From assembly GCA_951406725.2 (NCBI GenBank), contig OX597818.1, positions 82,398,001-82,462,000 of the forward strand: DNA of 64,000 nucleotides, in the 5' to 3' direction. This document shows, piece after piece, positions 55,592-64,000 of this stretch. Each line of letters begins with the position of its first letter. Within the stretch, counting starts at the first letter, position 1. A program made the translations under genes and the position numbers. A model generated the notes under the pieces. It was given only the letters and a program-made list of their open reading frames with translations. It was not told the DNA's origin and ran no database searches. Source of the stretch: Octopus vulgaris. Lineage: Eukaryota.

Positions 55592-55592
<1 letters not shown>
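55449..55592 (-). mobile_element. Short Penelope-terminus-like remnant in (TA)n with minimal hammerhead-like motif
   Basis: Minus strand of 55549-55575 reads CCGACGA-AGAGC-tcc-GCTC-GAAAC-GTC; flanked by (TA)n. Confidence 0.5.
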
Positions 55593-55622
<30 letters not shown>

Positions 55623-55665
55623 CATACATATATATATACATATATATATATACATATATATATAC

Positions 55666-55700
<35 letters not shown>

Positions 55701-55711
55701 CATATACATAC

Positions 55712-55744
<33 letters not shown>

Positions 55745-56355
55745 TTACTGCCTGTCTGTATATGTGTGTCTGTTTCCTTGAGTATCTGTCTATCTGTCAA
55801 CCTCGTTGAGAAGCTCTCTGTCCGTCTGTTTATAAATCTCTCTCCTTCTCCTTCTCCTTCTCCGTCTCTCTATCTACCTGACAGAATGTGTGTGTGTGCG
55901 CGTGTGTTTCAACGTGACAAAACTGCATGGCCTACAGGCTAGTGTGTTGCACTAACAATCTCAAGATCATTGTTTGAATTCCTGGATTATGTGATGTATT
56001 GTGTTCTTGTGTAAAATTCATCCTCTCTCGTTGCTCTGCGAACAAGCTGTCACCTTATGTGTAGCACACCGTGTATCTGTACTGGCAATATGCATTTGTG
56101 CAGGTTCTTCCCCAAGAAATTGTAGAACCGTCATTTTCGAACTACGAGACAGCAACCTAACGCCGTTTTAGCAAAGATGAGATTTTTTCGCTTTGAATTT
56201 TCAGCGTCTTCACTAATTTCTACTCTTTGATAGCATAATGGTCTGTACAACGTATTTGTACTAAACACACGCACACACCACACATACACACACACACTAA
56301 CACACACGCATCACACAGGCACCACACACACACATCTATATGTGCGTGTCTGTCA

Positions 56356-56488
<133 letters not shown>

Positions 56489-56506
56489 TATATATATATA
56501 TATATA

Positions 56507-56915
56507 GGCGCAGGAGTGGCTGTGTCGTAAGTAGCTTGCTAACCAACCACATGGTTCCGGGTTCAGTCCCACTGCGTGGCATCTTGGGCAAGTGTCTTCT
56601 GCTATAGCCCCGTGCCGACCAATGCCTTGTGAGTGGATTTGGTAGACGGAAACTGAAAGAAGCCTGTCGTATATATGTATATATATATAAGTGTGTGTGT
56701 GTATATGTTTGTGTGTCTGTGTTTGTCCCCCTAGCATTGCTTGACAACCGATGCTGGTGTGTTTACGTCCCCGTCACTTAGCGGTTCGGCAAAAGAGACC
56801 GATAGAATAAGTACTGGGCTTACAAAGAATAAGTCCCGGGGTCGATTTGCTCGACTAAAGGCGGTGCTCCAGCATGGCCGCAGTCAAATGACTGAAACAA
56901 GTAAAAGAGAAAAGA
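56507..56915 (+). mobile_element. Full-length, well-preserved tRNA-derived SINE with internal (TA)/(TG) microsatellite
   Basis: ggcgcaggagtggctgtg..taagtagc (A box) and ggttcagtccc (B box-like); best-preserved of at least 8 related fragments in the window. Confidence 0.92.
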
Positions 56916-56974
56916 GAGAGAATATATATATATACATGCACATCTATCTATCTACATACATACATACGAACGTA

Positions 56975-57352
<378 letters not shown>

Positions 57353-57850
57353 CATATATGTACATATGTATATATATGGAGAAAGTGTGTGTGAGAAATT
57401 AACAGAGAAACATACACACACGCACGCACACACACAAACACACACACACACACACAGAGATATTGACGGAGAGACACAGACAGATAGATAGCCAGGTACA
57501 GAGAAAAATTGATAGACGAATAAATAGGTAGACAAACTAGCTACAGAATGAAAATATATTTCTATACATTTGCAAAGTATGTAAATCCAGTTTACTGGGA
57601 GATGTAGGTTCGATATACGGACATAGTAGATATAGCTTTACGTTACTGGAAGTTGAAAGAAATAATTTACATTATTGGAATTTATAGAAAATATAAGAGG
57701 AAAATATATAAATAAATGAATAAATATTTAGATGTGAAAGAGTTAGGTATATAAAAGAATGGAAGAAATGTGGGCAGCCGAAGATGAAAGGTGAGATAAA
57801 GGGGCAGAGAACTCTAAAAAAATCCATTAAATAAATATACATACACATGT

Positions 57851-57896
<46 letters not shown>

Positions 57897-57963
57897 GCTT
57901 GTATATGTGTATAAATACATATATACACGTGCAAAAATGTGTATGTCTATATGTATATTTGTG

Positions 57964-58061
<98 letters not shown>

Positions 58062-58689
58062 TATATGTATATGTATGTGTGTGTAGAGAGAGAAGGAAAG
58101 AGAAGGTATAGTGGTGTGCTTTAATTCATTTGAAGTTCAGAGGTGAGTACACATTTATTCAATGTTCGTGTTTCCTCGGTTCGCTTGTTTCTGAAATTCG
58201 TATTGTACATGGCGCTCTGTTTAGCTTGATGCGTCACCAAAAACCAGGGTCGGTGTGCATTAGAACACAAACACGCTTCCCTCTAACACACTCACACACA
58301 CACACGCACACAAATATTCAGACTCAGATATACACATATAAAGGCAAACTCACATATACAGGCTTCCACGTACATGATGTATTGTGACCATAATACACGT
58401 ATATGTGTGTTTGTCTATAATTGCTTGCTGATGAAATAAGTGTGAACTGTTATACGGCGCGCGTGTGAAAATATGTGTTGGCTTATAAGCATATCTTCTT
58501 TTACTTGTGTGTCGGTATGGATGGATCTGGGTACGCGTGTAGGGGGTTCGAGTAACGGAATGCTATTAATTTATTCAATTTGAGTGCTTGGATTTTTGCT
58601 TTATTTTACCAACGTAATTTTCCTTTTCTGATGCATACACACACACAGACAAAAACACGCACAACATACATCCATTATATATATATATG

Positions 58690-58759
<70 letters not shown>

Positions 58760-58867
58760 TATATATATATATATATACATATATATGTATATACATACAC
58801 ACACATGCATAAATACATACATAATTGTGCGTGTATGTGAGTGTATGTTTATATATATATGTATAGG

Positions 58868-58914
<47 letters not shown>

Positions 58915-58928
58915 ACACACACACACAG

Positions 58929-59000
<72 letters not shown>

Positions 59001-59154
59001 GCGCACACCCATGCGTGCACAGAGACAGATGGTGGGCTTGAATCACCTTTAAGGGTTTACATTGTTCACAGCTTCTTTCACATCTTCCTATATGAGGTAT
59101 TACATTTTTCTTTGCTTGTATTTTTATAGAATTAATGAATGCAGTTTGTCTTGC

Positions 59155-59241
<87 letters not shown>

Positions 59242-59543
59242 TGAATGCAGGAAGTTTTCTTTTTTAGGTTAAATGAGATCAATGGAATGTTTGTTGTCAT
59301 TTGACTCATAACAGAAGCCGACAACCTCTACGCTGCACCCCACTCCCCTCTCTACTCGCCTCTCACGCTGCCCCTCTCTGCACCTCCCACCCCATCCAAG
59401 TCCTCCGTTATATCTTCTGAATCCAGCACTATCACAAAGCACATTAAAAATAGCAACGATAACAATAATAAAATGTATAATGAATTCTATCACAATAAAT
59501 ATAATTTTTAATACAAAATAAAATTAATAACAATAATAGCAAC

Positions 59544-59621
<78 letters not shown>

Positions 59622-59915
59622 CATAATAATAATAATAATAGAAATAATAATAACAATGTGAATGAATATGATAAAAGTAATAATAACTATCATAATAATT
59701 GTTATTTTAATTGTTTATATTCTTTATTGCCTCAAGGGCGAAAATATAATGATATCGCATGCCAAGATGTTGTGGGAGTGTATCAAGTGTGAAAAAACCC
59801 CCCATCAAAACGCTGAAATGAGATAAAATGGAAGTGAAAAAATTACACACACATATGTGTGTGTGTGTGTATACTGTGTGTGTATTTGGTAGACAGAAAC
59901 TGAAAGTCGACCGTC

Positions 59916-59951
<36 letters not shown>

Positions 59952-60060
59952 TTCTGTTTGTGTGTATGCATATATGTATGTATATATATGTATATCTAGA
60001 TATCTCTCTATCTATGTATCTCTCTCTCTACATATATATATATATATATATGTGTGTGTT

Positions 60061-60136
<76 letters not shown>

Positions 60137-60160
60137 TATACGTATGTATATATATGTATG

Positions 60161-60209
<49 letters not shown>

Positions 60210-60366
60210 GCATGTATATATATGTATATATATATAAATATATATATATACATATATATATATACGTATATATATATATATATATATATAAACACACGAA
60301 CGTAGACACTCACAAACACATATACTCAAACAAACACATATGTTAATTATACATACATACATACAC

Positions 60367-61129
<763 letters not shown>

Positions 61130-61452
61130 CATATATATATTTGCTTGTATATATGTGTGGCTGTGCGGTAAGAAGATTGTTCTCCAGTCACATGGCCCCA
61201 ATTTCGGTCACTGAGATATGTAGCACACTGCCAAAATACCAATCTTAAGAAATTAAGATTCTCAAAACCAGATTGCAGAAAGCTGATTCGAAAACTACTA
61301 ATCCAATCCATCAATGGAACTGTAAAAATCAGTAAAACTTCCAAGTATTTTATCATTTAAGTATATATGAGCATGTCTAGCTATGGAGCTATTTGCATGA
61401 AAATACTTACACAAAACAAAGCATTCAAATCTGCAGGTATACATGTATGCAT

Positions 61453-62664
61453 CTACATACGTACATACATATGTACATACATACAAACATACATACATAC
61501 ATACGTACGAGGGGCGTTCAATAAGTAATGCCCCTGACCCACTTCCCATATCAGCAGAGCAACGGAACTTGGCACAGTTATTGGTCTTTTTCTACATATT
61601 GGTCTTTTTCTCAGAGTTACGCATTTCTCCCATTTGATCCAGCTCTGGAGACCGTTTTTGTAAAAGACCCCAGCTTGGTCCTCCATCCACGACGTGACTT
61701 TAGAAATCAAGGCTGCATCATCTGGGAAATGCTTTCCTTTCAAAAACAACTTCATGGCTGGGAAGAGGTGAAAATCACAGGGTGCAAGGTCAGGAGAGTA
61801 GGGGGGGAGTTCATAGCCGCACGCCTGTGCTTCTGATCTGGCGACACGCGAGTTGTGGACCGGAGTGTTGTCCTGCAGGAGGAGGATGCCTTCGCTGATC
61901 TTGCTCCGCCTCTTGATTTTGATAGCTTCTCTTAATTTCCTCAAAAGTGAAGCATAATAGGCTCCTGTAATTGTGGTACCCTTTGCCAGGAAATCTGTCA
62001 TCACTACTCCGTCCTGGTCCCAGAAGACTGTGAGCATGACCTTGCCAGCAGAGGGCTGCACCCTTGCCTCCTTTGGAGGAGGTGAGTCACGGTGCTTCCA
62101 CTGCATTGACTGGGCTTTGGTCTCTGGATCATAGTGATGGACCCAGGTTTCATCCTGTGTAATAAGTCTTTTGAAAAAGTTTGACTCATCTTGGTACGTC
62201 TCCAAATTCATCCTCGAGCACTCGACGCGTTCTTGCTTCTGGAAAGGTGTGAGGAACCTGGGAATCCATCTGGCAGACACCTTTTGCATATGCAAATGGT
62301 CATGAATGATAGTTTCCACTGACCCGGTACTAATCTTGACCTCATGGGCTATTTGGTGAATAGTTATGCGTCGAGCTTCCAAAATGGCAGCCTCAACTTG
62401 ACGGACAGATACCTCATCAATGGCAGAAGGGGGTCGACCAGATCTGGGAGCTGTTTCCACAGAGTTCCAACCATGTTTGAATTCATGATGCCAGCGTTTT
62501 ACAAGGTCATATGATGGGGCATCATCACCATAAGTTACTTTCATTTCATCAAAAGTCTCCCATGGTGTGCGTCCTTTCAAATACAAAAACCGGATCACTG
62601 CTCGACACTCAACAGGCTCCAAAATTTCAACTAGATCAAACACCTGGAAGTGGGTCAGAGGCAT
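61453..62664 (-). CDS. 403-aa open mariner transposase ORF, probably defective (native ATG lost, DD31D spacing, frameshifted C-terminus)
   Basis: ORF track; TQDETWVHHYDPETK, LLQDNTPVH, PYSPDLAPCDFHLF. Confidence 0.7.
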   Translation of the reverse strand: MPLTHFQVFDLVEILEPVECRAVIRFLYLKGRTPWETFDEMKVTYGDDAPSYDLVKRWHHEFKHGWNSVETAPRSGRPPSAIDEVSVRQVEAAILEARRITIHQIAHEVKISTGSVETIIHDHLHMQKVSARWIPRFLTPFQKQERVECSRMNLETYQDESNFFKRLITQDETWVHHYDPETKAQSMQWKHRDSPPPKEARVQPSAGKVMLTVFWDQDGVVMTDFLAKGTTITGAYYASLLRKLREAIKIKRRSKISEGILLLQDNTPVHNSRVARSEAQACGYELPPYSPDLAPCDFHLFPAMKLFLKGKHFPDDAALISKVTSWMEDQAGVFYKNGLQSWIKWEKCVTLRKRPICRKRPITVPSSVALLIWEVGQGHYLLNAPRTYVCMYVCMYVHMYVRM

Positions 62665-62684
62665 TACTTATTGAACGTCCCTCG
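61508..62684 (-). mobile_element. mariner (same family as 29323-30601) with 5'UTR deletion, inserted in (TACA)n with TA TSD
   Basis: Both TIRs present and flanked by TA; close match to the 29.3-kb copy. Confidence 0.97.
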
Positions 62685-62932
62685 TACATACATACATACA
62701 TACATACATACATACATAAATACATACATACATACATACATACATACATACATACATACATACATACATACATACATAAAAAATTACCCTGTTGTTGATG
62801 TTGAAATTCCAATGAAAATCCCTGGATCTAGGTTAGAAACCGGGTCTTTTCCCATCGGCAAGCAGTTTTTCAAATAAAACTGAATAGATATATTATTAAG
62901 GGAATTGATCACTAGGTGCTTGATGATATCGA

Positions 62933-63050
<118 letters not shown>

Positions 63051-63052
63051 GA

Positions 63053-63083
<31 letters not shown>

Positions 63084-63330
63084 TTTGTGTGAGTATATCT
63101 TTTAAATTTCTTTACGGGAAACCTGTTGAATATGCACTTAAAACTCCTACGGACGACACATAATAATCAAAACAATAATATTTGGATGGAATTTAAGAAC
63201 ATTTAATACATCGCTACGCCCGTTTCCACAAATCACATGTCTCTCAAGAGGATAGCTCGTATTCCTGGCATGATCACAGTATAATCCCTAGAAGTTTTAC
63301 GAGCATATTCAAGCAATTATAACATGTATA

Positions 63331-63984
63331 CAGTGTGCGGTGAATAATTTGCCGTCTAAACTACCCTGAACGAAAAATAACACTGACATCTCATTTTAAC
63401 AGATATGTTTACCAATATTACAAAAAAATATCTTGAAATACTAAAGTATAAATATATTCAATAAAATCGCCATTGACTTCAAACACGGCCTCCAGAGTAC
63501 GATTGTTAAATTGTCGCAATTTTATATTTTAATTTTCGTACATGCGCATTGTCTCCTTTTGATTTTATTTACTACACATTATAGTAGGGTCAGTTGGGCA
63601 CCGTCTGTGAGGGAAAAATCAGCACCATGACGCAATTCACTCTGCCAAAAGTTTAGAAACGACATCACACCTAACTCTCCAGACTGCAACCCCCTTGATT
63701 ATTGTGTGAGGTGCATTTGAGCGAGAGGCAAACAAAACACCTTGTTACACCAAAGATAAACTGAGGGCTAGAATTATGAGAGCACAGACAAAGAGACCGT
63801 CCAGAAGAGTTGCAGGAGATTCTGAAGTCACTGGAACCAATGGTGATTTTTATGGAATAAATTTACCCATTAGTATTTCAAGATATTTTAATGTAATTTG
63901 TGTAAATATATCTGTTAAAATGAGATATTAGTGTTATTTTCATTTTAGTGTAATTTAGACGACACTTTATTTACAGCACCCCAC
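63331..63984 (+). mobile_element. Internally deleted Tc1/maT-like DNA transposon with long (~120-bp) TIRs
   Basis: aataacactgacatctcattttaacagatat and atatctgttaaaatgagatattagtgttatt are inverted; residual PNSPDCNPLDY motif at ~63670. Confidence 0.8.
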
Positions 63985-64000
63985 ATATATACGAACACTA

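Overview
AT-rich, microsatellite-saturated eukaryotic non-coding DNA (intergenic or a very large intron). The repeat repertoire (tRNA-derived SINEs with internal microsatellites, mariners, Helitrons, several LINE clades) looks cephalopod/Octopus-like, but that is inference. I found no credible host protein-coding exon, and nearly all ORF-track entries are translations of (TA)n, (CA)n, (TCTA)n, (TAA)n or (CTA)n repeats. Real coding remnants are all transposon-derived: mariner transposases, R4/Dong, HERO, CRE and CR1 LINE fragments, a Penelope-like RT/GIY-YIG fragment, and an ORF1-only retroelement with a 12-bp TSD. The standout is a 2.8-kb array (45552-48385) of apparently identical 534-bp non-coding units in two oppositely oriented tandem blocks. 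Each unit carries a well-formed type I hammerhead ribozyme (retrozyme/Penelope pLTR-like). Several unrelated short elements, mostly fold-backs sitting in (TA)n, carry intact or variant hammerhead motifs, so the window appears to hold a range of ribozyme-bearing retroelements. All calls come from manual reading of the sequence; no database search or folding program was run, and element boundaries are approximate unless a TSD or TIR is quoted.
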